64,000 nt of DNA from Azolla caroliniana (lineage: Eukaryota > Plantae > Polypodiophyta), in contig JBHGNT010000015.1 in the NCBI GenBank assembly GCA_043228905.1, positions 11,594,001-11,658,000 on the forward strand. Direction: 5' to 3'. The notes under the pieces were generated by a model that was given only the letters and a program-made list of their open reading frames with translations, had not been told where the DNA came from and did no database searches. This document shows positions 38,420-49,700 of this stretch, piece after piece; the first letter of the stretch is position 1; every line of letters starts with the position of its first letter. Both the position numbers and the translations under genes were made by a program.

Positions 38420-40569
38420 AAGAGGCGGCAGAAGAGCAGAAGATGAGGGGGTCGGATCTTGCAGAGGCCATGGCTTCGGCCGTGGATCGGATTGTAAACG
38501 CGCGCGAGGGCACCGGTGCCCTCGACAGAGCTATTGAGGCGGTCGTCGGCACGATCGGCCGGTTCGATGGGAAGGATGCCACGAAGTATTTGGCGTCCTA
38601 CGGTGCAGAGATGCTGATGCGGGACATTCCGGAAGAAAGGCGTCTTGGCGGATTTTCCCGAGTGGCGATGCCGAGCATCCATGCGGAGGTGCTCGAGGTG
38701 CGGGCGGAGAGCCGTACCTGGGAGGAGTTCGAAGGACGGCTCCTAGAGAAATACGGGCTGGACGACGCGCTCCGGCTTTCAAAGCGAAGGTTCATGGAAT
38801 GGGTGGAGTCCCCGGGGAAGGGAAGAAACGCGACGGCACTCCTCCGGGAGTTCGAGGAAAACTTTGCGCGCCTTTCGGCGCTCGACCGAACCATCCTGGA
38901 CACGAGCCGGGTCTTGCTGTTTGTCAAGTCGGTCGACGAGCGGGATCGGGAGCACGTGGGCCTCTTGCTGGAAACCGAAGACGGGCTCACTACCGACTGG
39001 GCGGCTGTCAAGAAAGTCTGTGGCCGTTTCGACAAACGGCGAGAATGGGCGGATAACGGGGCAGCCGGGTCGGGCTCGGTCGCAGCAAGGAAGCTCGAAC
39101 CAGCGCCACAGGTGCGAAAGGAAGAGACCCGAGAGTGGTTGGAAACCGGTTCGGCTTCGACCGGCGTAGTCAGAGGCTCGACCGGAGGAGCGGCGCTGGA
39201 GGAATTGACGAGGGCGATAAAGGACCTCCAAATCGCGCAAGCCCGAAGGGAAGGTGGCGAACCGGCTCGTGACCGACGGCCGGCGGCAGGAAACAAGTGC
39301 ATGTGGTGCGATGAAGTCGGCCACATTCGGAAGGACTGCGGCGACTTCGCGGAGGCGCTGAGGAACAGGGTGGTGTACCTGTGGGAAGGACGGGTGCATG
39401 CCAGCGACACCCGAAGGGCCCTGAGCCGAAACGACGGGCGAGGTGGTATGAAAAGGTTGATGGAAGAGGCGGCGGCCCGACACGCGGAAACCGTCCACTA
39501 CTCGGCGTCGGCCGGCATTCGAGTCGGGGGCGGCGAGGCCCAAAAGGAAAGCAAAGCCGGATTCTGGCCGACGATGCTGGGAGGCCTTGCCGGTGCAAGG
39601 CTTAAAGGGGAGGAATCGGACCGCGCGGAGAAACGAGTACGGGAGATAACCGGGTGGAGCGACCCGGTCGAGGAAAGGACGGGCTTCGTGGAAGCCGCTT
39701 GCCAGAACTACGAGGCTCTGGTAGAAGAGAAGCGGGTGGGGAAACCCGGGACGACCGGGCCCTCACAACGATACGAGACCCGGTCCGGGCCACGACGGGA
39801 CGAAGCCGGCGGGGCCGGTACGAAAGATAAACCCCAGAAGGGCGGGTACCGTCTGGGGACGGAGATAGAAAGGACCACGGACTTACGAAAGGTCCTGGAG
39901 GAACGGATCCTCGACAGCAAGGTGGAGCTGTCATTACGAGAGGTGCTGGGAATCGCCAAGAAGGAGTTCCACGACTCCATCGTGGACTTGGTGAAACGGA
40001 AGAGGCTGTCAACGGAGACAAAACCGGAAAGACCAGTGGAAGTGCGGACGACGCACCTAGACGACATGGCGCTGGGAGACGAGTGGGCGGAAAGCCACTA
40101 TTCGAGACCACACTGGGCCCGAGCGACCACGGAAACCCCGGTGAAGATCGGCGATGTCCAGGAACCGGTGATAGCTTTGGTGGACCACGGATCGGAGATC
40201 AACTTGATGTCCATGGACTTCTATAAGAAAGGCAAATGGCCGATCAACACCAAGCACGGGTGGAAAATAAGGGCGGCAACGCGCGCCACCGAGGAGCTGC
40301 ACGGGGCCTGTCCAAATGTGCGAGTCAAGATCGGCGACGTCGAGATTGACCAGCACTTCTTCGTGCAGGAGACATCTTCGCATCCGGTCATACTGGGAGA
40401 GCCGTACATCACGGCGGCGCGGATGGAGACCAAGGTGCTGGACAACGGTTCGGCCTACGCGAGGGTCAAAAGCCAAGACGGGCGCCATTCGGTCCAGTTT
40501 CTGACGGTACGGCCGAACCACGAACGTAACCGCGACTCCCTCGGTTCCGAAAACCGAGAGGATTTTTAG
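38416..40569 (+). CDS. gag: Gag plus aspartic protease of L (real start probably ATG 38443 or 38470)
   Basis: 717-codon ORF with zinc knuckle CMWCDEVGHIRKDC and protease ALVDHGSEINLM..ILGEPY. Homologous along its length to ORF 51143-53317. Confidence 0.92.
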   Translation: MKEAAEEQKMRGSDLAEAMASAVDRIVNAREGTGALDRAIEAVVGTIGRFDGKDATKYLASYGAEMLMRDIPEERRLGGFSRVAMPSIHAEVLEVRAESRTWEEFEGRLLEKYGLDDALRLSKRRFMEWVESPGKGRNATALLREFEENFARLSALDRTILDTSRVLLFVKSVDERDREHVGLLLETEDGLTTDWAAVKKVCGRFDKRREWADNGAAGSGSVAARKLEPAPQVRKEETREWLETGSASTGVVRGSTGGAALEELTRAIKDLQIAQARREGGEPARDRRPAAGNKCMWCDEVGHIRKDCGDFAEALRNRVVYLWEGRVHASDTRRALSRNDGRGGMKRLMEEAAARHAETVHYSASAGIRVGGGEAQKESKAGFWPTMLGGLAGARLKGEESDRAEKRVREITGWSDPVEERTGFVEAACQNYEALVEEKRVGKPGTTGPSQRYETRSGPRRDEAGGAGTKDKPQKGGYRLGTEIERTTDLRKVLEERILDSKVELSLREVLGIAKKEFHDSIVDLVKRKRLSTETKPERPVEVRTTHLDDMALGDEWAESHYSRPHWARATTETPVKIGDVQEPVIALVDHGSEINLMSMDFYKKGKWPINTKHGWKIRAATRATEELHGACPNVRVKIGDVEIDQHFFVQETSSHPVILGEPYITAARMETKVLDNGSAYARVKSQDGRHSVQFLTVRPNHERNRDSLGSENREDF

Positions 40570-40625
40570 AGAGGACTGCCAAGGCGTGGGGCCGCGACAG
40601 TCCGGATGCTCCGGGAAAACCCCAC
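40560..40625 (+). promoter_or_regulatory. Putative -1 ribosomal frameshift signal (G GAT TTT plus pseudoknot)
   Basis: The heptamer sits right before the gag TAG. The -1 frame is open from 40530 into pol. Stems: ggactg/cagtcc and gtgggg/ccccac. Confidence 0.8.
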
Positions 40626-43600
40626 ATCTGTACGATAAAACCGTGTACAATAGGTAGGAAATTTTGCTTCTCCGACAGCGGAGCATGTACGTTGGTCGGC
40701 ATCGCCGGCCGAGAGAAAACAAAGACGGAGGGGAGACTTCGGGCGTGCGGAGTTCTCGGCCCTGACGAAGAAATCAACGGAGCCGTGGAGGCAGTCTCCT
40801 TCGACGACACCTTGGGAATGCTGGGGAGGGTAGTCGAAGAAGACCTTATCGAGGACCGGGCGATACCGGTATGTTCAGAAGAAATGTACGAAGTCATCGC
40901 GGACTTCGGTCGAGGGCTCGAGTCGGAACGGACGGCCCGAGTTAGCACCAAGTACAAGACTGTGGACCGGAAGGTGAGGCCAGTTGCGGCGCCCCTACTG
41001 GAGGGCAGCGAATCCCGAATCAAAGGGGTTGCATCGGACCCCAGCTTACGGGATCAGGCCTGCATAGGACACACCTTCACCAACGAGACGCTCCGCGAGC
41101 TGAAGATCGGTGGGGGCGGGTTCCTACTGCCGGTGGAGGAAGACCGGTTTCGGAGGATGCTCGGAAGGCGCGGGAAAGCCTTCACATTCTCACCGGAGGA
41201 AATCGGGTGCGTAGACCCGACGATCGTAGAGCCGATGGTGATATTCACGGTACCGCATGTACCGTGGAATCTCAAGCCAATTCCGGTTCCGAGAGCTCAC
41301 ATCCCGAAGTTGATGGAGCTGTTGAAGCAGAAAGTTGATATGGGCATTCTCGAGCCGTCGAGCGCCCCGTACTCGAACCGGTGGTTTACCGTACCAAAGA
41401 AAAACGGATCATTGCGCTTCATTCAGGACCTGCAACCGGTCAATAGGGTGACCATTCGGAACGCAGGGATCGGACCGACCATAGATGAGTTCGCGGAGGC
41501 CTTCGCCGGAAGGTCGATTTACTCGGTCGGTGATCTATATTCAGGGTACGACCAGTTCCAGCTAGCCGTGGAGAGCAGAGACATTACGACGATGCGAACT
41601 CCCCTCGGCCTAGTGCGGATGTGTACGCTGCCGCAAGGAGGGACCAACTCGGTGGCGCACATGGTGAATGCAATGAACAAGGTGCTGAGGGACTGCATCC
41701 CGGACATCACCATGCCGTTTCTAGACGACATCCCGATCAAGGGATGCCCGGTAGAAGAGAAGGACGAGACGATCGGGCCGGACGGATGCCGGCGATTCGT
41801 GGTAACGCACATCGACGACTGCGAGAAGGTGCTGCAAAGGCTAGAGGATGCGAGGCTCACCTTCTCGGGGGAGAAGTCAGCCTTCGGGCAGTCGGAAATC
41901 ATGGTGGTCGGACATTTATGTGGACCATATGGCCGGAGACCGTCTCCGGCAAAGATAGAAGCCATCTCCGCGATGAAGCCTGATTGCAGCTCGGTCACGG
42001 AAGTACGAAGATTCTTGGGGGCATGCGCCTTCTACCACATATGGATCCCGCATTACGCGCACGTCGCGGAGCCGCTGTACGGATTATTGAAGAAAGGGCG
42101 AAGATTCGAATGGCTAGACAAGCACACGGAGTCGGTCCGGAAGCTGAAGGAGGCTCTTTCAGCAGCACCGGCGCTCCGAAAGGCCGTCTACAGGAAGGGC
42201 ACCCCAGTGTACATAACGGTTGACACGAGTCCGACCGGAATCGGGTGGGTCGTCAACCAAGAAGACGAGGACGGCAATCGGTTTCCGATCCGATTCGGCG
42301 CGAAGGTCCTCAGCGAACGGCAGCGAGGATACGCCCAGGTTAAACGCGAACTCTGGGGTATCGTTTCGGCGGTGAAGGCCGACAAGGACTATCTGATCGG
42401 GACAGAGGTAATCATAGAGACGGATTGCATGCCGATTCTCGGCATGATTTCCGGATGCGCGACGCCGGACCTGGCAATGCTCAGGTGGATAGCGTACATC
42501 AAGTCCCTGGACCCGGAAATACGACACATTTCCGGGAAAGACAACGCCATGGCCGACATGCTTTCAAGGGCGAGATTCGATGACGAGGGCGGCATGGTTT
42601 CGGAGGACGAAGACGTCGGCGTGGACTTCTTCGAGACTGCGTATGTAACAACCGACGGAACAAGCACTCCGGCGCTTAACGATTTCGACGCGAGCAAGTA
42701 CGACGGGGAGTGGCTGCAGATCGGTGGGTTTTTGAAGACAATGACGCCCGATGCGTCATGGACGAAGGACGAGGCCAACCGGATCCGGAAGAAAGCGTAC
42801 CGGTTCTTTCTCCGGGATGGCTATCTATGGAAGCACCCGAAGAAGAAGGACGGCGCTCCGCTCCGGGTGGTGGCGATGAAGGAAGAACAGGAGGAGCTGC
42901 TGACGGCCTACCACGACAGCCCTTGGGCTGGACACCGTGGAACATGGGCTACGTTTGAGAAACTGAAGGGGAAGTATTGGTGGCCGGGGCAGTACCGGGA
43001 CGTGCATCGGTTCGTGACAACTTGCGAGAGCTGTCAGATGCACTCCATAGTCCGACATCGGGACGAGCTTCACCCCACGTACCCTCCGACCATCCACTTC
43101 AAATGGATGGTAGATCTGGTGACGATGCCAATGGGGGTAGGACAGATGCGGTACCTGGTCCTAGCGCGGGAGGATCTGACGAACCAGGTGGAAGGCCGGG
43201 CCCTTCCGAACAAAACGACCGCGGCCGTATGCCGGTTCCTAATCGAGGACGTGATATGCCGGTACGGGTGCGTCGGGAAGATCGTGGCTGACCGAGGGGA
43301 GTTGGACGCCGAAGAAGCCGCGGAGCTGTTCGGCCGGCTGGGAGTCAAGCTCTCGCTCACCATTGCGTACAATCCGGAGGCGAATGGAAAGGTGGAGCGC
43401 GGACACGGACCGATCGTCAAGGCGTTGGTTCGGGCATGCGGAGGCCGAGTCGGTGACTGGCCGCGGCTGCTACCTTATGCTTTGTGGGCAGACCGGACCA
43501 CGCACAGTTCGGTAACCGGGTACATGCCGACGGAGCTCATGTTCGGCCAGAAGCCGATCATGCCGATAGAACGGGCTATCTCCTCGTGGGCAACGGTCGA

Positions 43601-44048
43601 CTGGAGGGACGAGATGAGCCGGGAGGAGTTGTTGGCCGCGCGCATACGACAGCTCGAGCGGAGACCGGAGGACGTGGAACTGGCTGCGGAGAAGCTCCGG
43701 GTGGCGAGGAAAAAGAACAAAGCCAGGTTCGACCGAACGCACCGGCTCCGACCGAAGAAAATCGAAGAAGGTGACTGGGTGCTCGTCTACGACAGCAGCC
43801 TCGACAACCAGCACCGAGCTACACGGAAGTTCGCACGAAGGTGGTTCGGGCCTTACGTGGTACGGAGCGCCAATGACAACGGGACATATCACCTGGCGGA
43901 ACTCGACGGCACGAGAATGGCGATACCGGTTGCAGGGAAGCGGATCAAGGCGTTCAAGAAGCGACACGACGACGAGCCAGACCCGGCTCTCCTGGTCAGC
44001 AGTGACGAACGATCCGAAAACGAGGAAGAACCGACAGGCGAGGAATGA
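40563..44048 (+). CDS. pol: Pol of L (RT-RNase H-integrase), reached by -1 frameshift
   Basis: Open frame with RT DLYSGYDQ, LPQGGTNS, FLDDI; RH TVDTS; INT H..H/CESC, VDL, ADRG, VERG, WFGPY. No chromodomain. Confidence 0.93.
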   Translation, partial: FLERTAKAWGRDSPDAPGKPHICTIKPCTIGRKFCFSDSGACTLVGIAGREKTKTEGRLRACGVLGPDEEINGAVEAVSFDDTLGMLGRVVEEDLIEDRAIPVCSEEMYEVIADFGRGLESERTARVSTKYKTVDRKVRPVAAPLLEGSESRIKGVASDPSLRDQACIGHTFTNETLRELKIGGGGFLLPVEEDRFRRMLGRRGKAFTFSPEEIGCVDPTIVEPMVIFTVPHVPWNLKPIPVPRAHIPKLMELLKQKVDMGILEPSSAPYSNRWFTVPKKNGSLRFIQDLQPVNRVTIRNAGIGPTIDEFAEAFAGRSIYSVGDLYSGYDQFQLAVESRDITTMRTPLGLVRMCTLPQGGTNSVAHMVNAMNKVLRDCIPDITMPFLDDIPIKGCPVEEKDETIGPDGCRRFVVTHIDDCEKVLQRLEDARLTFSGEKSAFGQSEIMVVGHLCGPYGRRPSPAKIEAISAMKPDCSSVTEVRRFLGACAFYHIWIPHYAHVAEPLYGLLKKGRRFEWLDKHTESVRKLKEALSAAPALRKAVYRKGTPVYITVDTSPTGIGWVVNQEDEDGNRFPIRFGAKVLSERQRGYAQVKRELWGIVSAVKADKDYLIGTEVIIETDCMPILGMISGCATPDLAMLRWIAYIKSLDPEIRHISGKDNAMADMLSRARFDDEGGMVSEDEDVGVDFFETAYVTTDGTSTPALNDFDASKYDGEWLQIGGFLKTMTPDASWTKDEANRIRKKAYRFFLRDGYLWKHPKKKDGAPLRVVAMKEEQEELLTAYHDSPWAGHRGTWATFEKLKGKYWWPGQYRDVHRFVTTCESCQMHSIVRHRDELHPTYPPTIHFKWMVDLVTMPMGVGQMRYLVLAREDLTNQVEGRALPNKTTAAVCRFLIEDVICRYGCVGKIVADRGELDAEEAAELFGRLGVKLSLTIAYNPEANGKVERGHGPIVKALVRACGGRVGDWPRLLPYALWADRTTHSSVTGYMPTELMFGQKPIMPIERAISSWATVDWRDEMSREELLAARIRQLERRPEDVELAAEKLRVARKKNKARFDRTHRLRPKKIEEGDWVLVYDSSLDNQHRATRKFARRWFGPYVVRSANDNGTYHLAELDGTRMAIPVAGKRIKAFKKRHDDEPDPALLVSSDERSENEEEPTGEE

Positions 44049-44119
44049 AGACGGGCCGGTTTTCTCCGTCCCAACTTTCTTGGCGCATACCGGAGGATGC
44101 GCGGTTAGGTGGGGGCGGA

Positions 44120-44915
44120 TGTCGTGAAGAAAACCGTCCATAAGCGGAATCGGCAGACCAAGGCATGGGAACCGGTTCCTCACGCGCGCACGCTCCAAGT
44201 CGAACATAGAAGCGAGTTAGGAGGATATTCGGCAGGAACGGGCCCTAACACGAGTGGAGACAAAGACCGCGCGAACAGTCTTTTCGGTCGCGCGCACGAG
44301 CTAAGGGACGGCACGAGTCGGCGGCGTAACTACGCGTATGCGTGAAGAACGGAGCGGATCCCTGTTCGAAAGGGACAGGGGATAAAGCTGACATGACGGC
44401 CTGCTCGTCGAGATATATAAGGAACAGGAAAGAGCTGTAAAAAGGGGATCGCGCAGAGAGGAGGAAGTGCTGTCGGACCGTTTCTGGACGCTTCACTCTC
44501 TGTTTCCTTCCTTCTTGAGCTCCATAGCTTTCTGTGCAGAGTTCCGAGGAGGCTCGCGCTGTTTCGAGGAACGCCCGAGTGCTTCCGGCAGCACCTCCGA
44601 CCTGCTACCCCCCCCTTTGTGCGTTGAAGCGAACAGGCATCGGCATCTGTTCGCCGGCCTGTTCGGTTGCGACCAACCTGTGCCCCATCGGGGGTTGTAG
44701 TCGTGCTAGCCATTTTTCTTAATATACATATTTAGTCATTCGCATCTGTCTGTGCCGGTGTCTGTTCGCGTTCTCCGTGCTGAAGGGCCGTGTCCCTGTG
44801 TATCCCCGGTCCTGCGTAGCCGGTTCTCCCTCTTTCTCCTCCCTCGCTTGCTCTTTGGTTCGAGGCCCCCGCGGTCCCGCCTCGTTTCCACACGCACTTG
44901 CGTAATACCTCGACA
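44120..44915 (+). repeat. 3' LTR of L
   Basis: Follows PPT aggtgggggcgga and is near-identical to the 5' LTR. Confidence 0.97.
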
Positions 44916-44919
44916 GCGT

Positions 44920-46172
44920 GGCTGGAATTTTTGCCTGGTCTCGGACATTCTCTACCACAAAGGCTCGGACGGCATATGGCGCCAAGCGATTCGGCAATTC
45001 GAGAAGAACGTTGTTCTTCAGGAGGCCCACCAGGGAGTAGCTGGGGGGCACTACGCCGGGGATTCCACGGCAAGGAAAGTTTGGCAAAGCGGATTGTGGT
45101 GGCCGACAACGAAGAGAGACGCTCACGAGTTTTGCCGGCAGTGCGATTTGTGCCAATGATTGGGGCAACCAATGGAACAGTCACGCATGCAACACCAGCC
45201 GATTCTTCCGTTGGACCCATTTCAAAAATGGGGTTTGGATTTTGTAGGCCCTTTCAAACCACTCGCGGCCCGTACAGGGAATAGGTATATTATTGTTGCC
45301 ACGGACTACTGCACCAAATGGGTCAAGGCTAAGGCACTCCGAGACAACACGGCGGCATCCACGGCTAAATTCGTGTACGAGCATCTTTGGTGCCGTTACG
45401 GATGCCCAATTGAGCTCATTAGTGACCAAGGTGGGCACTTCATCAATCATATAATACGTGAGCTTACACACCACTACGCGGTGGTGCACAAGAAAAGCAC
45501 ACCATACTACCCGCAGGCGAACGGCTTGCCGGAATCGACCAATAAAATCCTCCAAACCATATTGAAGAAGATCGTCAATAAAAACAGGAACGATTGGGAT
45601 GACAAACTCCAGAGCGCGCTGTGGGCGTATCGTATGACTTTCAAAACAAGCATCCAATCAACCCCCTTTCGAATGGCGTTCGGGTTAGAAGCCGTAATGC
45701 TCGTCAAGTTCCAAGTCCCGAGCCTTCGAGTTCAAATCAAAGCACGGCTCCCCGAGGCCCAATCCGAGCAATACCGGCTAGAACAACTCCTCGAACTCGG
45801 CGAGGACAGGATAGAGAGTATGGCCCAGCTCGAACAACGCCAACGACAACGCAAGGATTTCGTGGATCGACATCAAAACGGGCTGGAGAAGGAGCTCACC
45901 ATCCGCAAACCGGTTCTTCTTTTTCAAACATGACTCGGGTTAATGCCGGGAAAATTAAGATTTCGGTGGACCGGTCCATTCTGGATTATCGACGAGTTCA
46001 ACGGGACGTTCCAGCTCGGCACACTCGCCAGCGACACTGTCAACAGCTGGGCCAATGGTTTCCGACTTCGACCATATTGAGGCACTACACTACCCAACCC
46101 GTTTACCGAACCACACGGCACAAACGAGTTTCGGGAGAACACCACGGAGGAGGCCACGTGTCCCCCTTAATA
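44920..46172 (+). pseudogene. pol: Gypsy K pol, integrase part
   Basis: HHCC and DDE motifs present; in-frame TGA stops at about 45157, 45931 and 46078. Confidence 0.88.
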
Positions 46173-46239
46173 AGGACTTACCCACCTTTTCGAAATTAAT
46201 AAAGTAGGTAGGATTAACCATAGTTTAGCCGCCGATTAG

Positions 46240-46311
46240 CCACAATTTAGGAGCACCCCTAAACCCACAATTTAGGAGCACCCCTAAACCCACAATTTAG
46301 GAGCACCCCTA
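46240..46311 (+). repeat. About three tandem copies of a 25-bp unit (ccacaatttaggagcacccctaaac)
   Basis: Directly visible, ~20 bp upstream of TATTTAA at 46332. Confidence 0.9.
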
Positions 46312-46710
46312 GCCACCTCTCATTTCGTACCTATTTAAGCACATGCAAAGCACTAGAAGTCCCCCACTCACCTTCAGGACACGTGGCGCTAGTCACTTAT
46401 TATGGCACCCATGACTCAGAATCTTCAGGATTCGCTTCGGGCACAAAACCCTAGGAGTAAGTTACTAAAATCGTTTCCAAAACGCAGCACAGACACAGAA
46501 GTTCATTATCGCTCCCAACCTCCATCTCTCTCAAGCTCAGAAGCCCCTTCTCGCTCTCATCGCTCTAAATGCTCTTGCTCTCAAGCCCTCTTTCGCTCTC
46601 ATAGCCCCTCTGCCGAGCTTCCCCTTCCTGTTGTTCCTCCTCTATCTCGCCCTCGCCTCATCACTCTTCTTCACTCTTCCACATAGTCAAACCCCGTCTC
46701 CATCTCCACC

Positions 46711-49700
46711 ATGTCTCTTACCGCTTCAACAGAAACCCGGGCCTGGCTCTAGGATCATCGATGCCCCGCGCACCCGGATGCCCAAGGAGTGGCTAAACGT
46801 ATTTGTCCCGAAGCCATCACCAACAACGTGCTTCGGGTTGCTTTGGACCTGCAATGAGGAGGGGACCATGAGGTCGACATACCCCCAGCATCGAAGCTGA
46901 AAGAGTACTTCGGTGAGTACTCAGCCTCAAGGAAGGCATATTGCATGTATGGAGGTCCCACCAGAGCTTTCAGGGAGATTGCTCGTATATTGATGGAGTA
47001 TGTGTTCGTGCATACGAACCCGACGAGCATGTCGCAGAACAAGGCAGCCATCATCATCAACGCGTATGAAGGACACAAAGTCGATTGGGGAATCATCACA
47101 GGCGAAGGACTCCGCGCCACGTTAGCCTCATTCCAGTCAGGTAAGAAGATGTTGTCTGTTCTTACCCACTTTTTGATGGTTCTATACCCACCCTCTTCTC
47201 TTCCTTCCCCTTGGACACTCACGTCCCCACCACCACCACGAAGGCAGAGAGAGAAATTGGTTGCCATCAGCCACAAAGCATGGGAGGAGCCCACATCGCC
47301 TTCACCTCTTGCCGCTGACCAAAACCCCGCATGGGCACCACCACCCACCCAACCCCAACAAAAAAGGGCAGTTTCCGAGACCTGCCAAGAATGGGAGGAG
47401 GAGATAGCCACGGAGGACAACACGGCAGACGATGTCAACATTCGACAACCAACGCCGTGCCCCTCGGTAACTCCCCCAGGGCCTAGCCCACGCCCCAACA
47501 CACAGCAGGCAACACCACCACGACCCCAGAAAAGGAAGCAGGCGGAGGAAACGACACTACCGGCCCCGGAACCCCAAACCCAGCTGAGCAAGAGAAGACG
47601 ACTCAACCACGAGTCCTCGGCAGAACAGAAAGAGCCACAACAGGAGCAAGCCTTAGTTGTCAGCCAGAGCAACCTGGCCATCATCCCTGAGGAGGCATCG
47701 CTGAACCAGGAAAAAATCGAGCATGGGCAGACAACGCAGATCTCGGAGGATGAAGTCCTCGGGTATAAAGACCTCCCCGCGGAGGCTTACGAATTTAGTG
47801 CGCTCCTACACCTCGGTACGACATTCGAGCTGGTCGACATCCTCGCCAGAGCCCAAGTCGCGGCAGTCACTCGAATGGCGGAAGAGCACGCCGAAACAAA
47901 AATGATTCAACGCGCGCTATTAGGTGAAATTGAGCCCCAGGACGACAGGGCTTTACAAAACATAGGGAGGAAGAAGCAAGCAAAACAGGCCGCTCTCCTC
48001 ATGGAGGTCCCCGAGTTGAACACGGCCCTTATCGAGGCATATAGGGACCTGGATCGCACTACGCGGGCAGCCAAAGACATGGCCCGAAAGATAAAAACAG
48101 CCCAAAAACAGGCTAAGGTGGCTACGGAATTATGGCACACTGCGAAACGGGAACTGGCAGCCTGGGAGCAAAATCGGCCGGAACAACAACTCTTGAGCCT
48201 TCCGGCCACGACCACCGAGGCCCTCCCAGCCCCTCCACGCATAACAATGATAGATGAAAGCACCGTCACGGATTCAATCTTGACGATCTAGGCCAGCACA
48301 CTAACGGACTCGTTACAAATGGTCGATGCCTGCACAACAACCGAGGCGGCCACGCCCATGGAGAAGACCGAGATACCACCCCCTCGTCCACCCAAGGAGG
48401 TGGCAACCCAGACAGAACCCCCGCTCCGGGATTACCGAGCGGAGCTTAAAGAAGAACAACGGCGGACCGAGAGACACGAACAACGGCATCAAGAGGCCAT
48501 GGCTCGCTTAAAAGAAGAAGCTTCCAAACAGATGGCCGAGATTAGAGCCTAGGCCGACCAAAGGATACACGAGCAGAACGAACCACTAGGCCGGGTACAA
48601 GCGCAAGCCGCGGGCAAAGAAGCCGAACTCAAAAGCAAGCTGGAGGAATACGCGGCCACAGTGGCAGAGAAAGAGAAGGAGGTCCTAGACCTACAGGCCG
48701 CGCTCGACAATGCGAAGGACTGGAACCACCAGCAGGAGGAAAGAAATCGCCAACCGGAGAAGAGAATGATCGCGGAGAATGCCGAGCTGCAGAGTCAGCG
48801 TACGACCCTTAAAGAAATCGCTGACGAGTTTTTCATCAAATGCAAGCTAGTTTCGGAGCAAAAAGACGAATTATCCGATTCCTACTTTGCCCTACAAGAA
48901 GAGAGAATCGTCGAACGGGAACAAGTCCGGGCCGCGTGTCAAAAAGAATGGAAGAAAACTACCGAAGAGCTCACCAAGCATTACGGGCAATCTATCCAGC
49001 TCGTAACCGCGGACGCAAAGAACACTCAAGCCACCTATGAACTATTCGCAGAGAAGCTTCAGGCCGAGGTCAACGGCTTAAAAGAGGAATTGGCAGCCAT
49101 CCGAGCACAGCCCGACATGGATGAGACACGCATCAGAATACTGATCGAGAAACAACGCCAACACCTCACCAAAAAGGTCGAGGAAACATTAAGTCGCGCA
49201 GGAGAAGAATGGGCAGCCCAAGCTGCCGAATTGCATATTTTACGCGCCGACGCCGAGAACCGACGGAAGGAGGGCCGCGGCTTTTACAAAATGGACAAAG
49301 CCAGCATACAAAACCTCCGTGCCGATTTAACCGAGGATTACCAGTCCTGGGCAAAATCTCACACCGCGGCAATCGACCAAATGCTGGAGGACTTCAATGA
49401 CGATCAGATGTTGTTTCGCCTGGAAACAGAAGCATTCGAACGAGAACGACTTGCAGCCATCCCAACCAGCCCTCCAACGGCCACAGAGCAGAAGGAAGAA
49501 CCTCCCAGCGAGGAGATCACGGACACGGCACAGGAGGAACTCGCCCCGGCCAACAGACCTCCCGAGGACGCCCACATGGTACCAGATCCAGTCAAAGTAG
49601 AGGTTTGCGCCCTCGAACCCACACCACCACCAGAAGCATCGGCCGCACCTGAGACGGACGCCCGAGAGGATATGACACCCCAGGCCCAAACTCAACCCCC

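Larger units (their letters stand above)
37603..44915 (+). mobile_element. Intact, young Ty3/Gypsy element L (tRNA-Trp primed, 4-bp TSD)
   Basis: 796-bp LTRs with about 3 mismatches by eye; TSD GCGT (37599-37602 / 44916-44919); uninterrupted gag-PR and pol ORFs. Confidence 0.97.

Noticed and set aside
38531-44207. Many long antisense and alternate-frame ORFs inside L (up to 270 aa)
   Set aside because: Expected shadow ORFs of GC-rich coding DNA. They have no recognisable motifs and no counterparts in the homologous AT-rich element M.
46240-46311. Short direct repeats as a possible CRISPR array
   Set aside because: Head-to-tail tandem units with no spacers and no cas genes, in a eukaryotic retrotransposon context.
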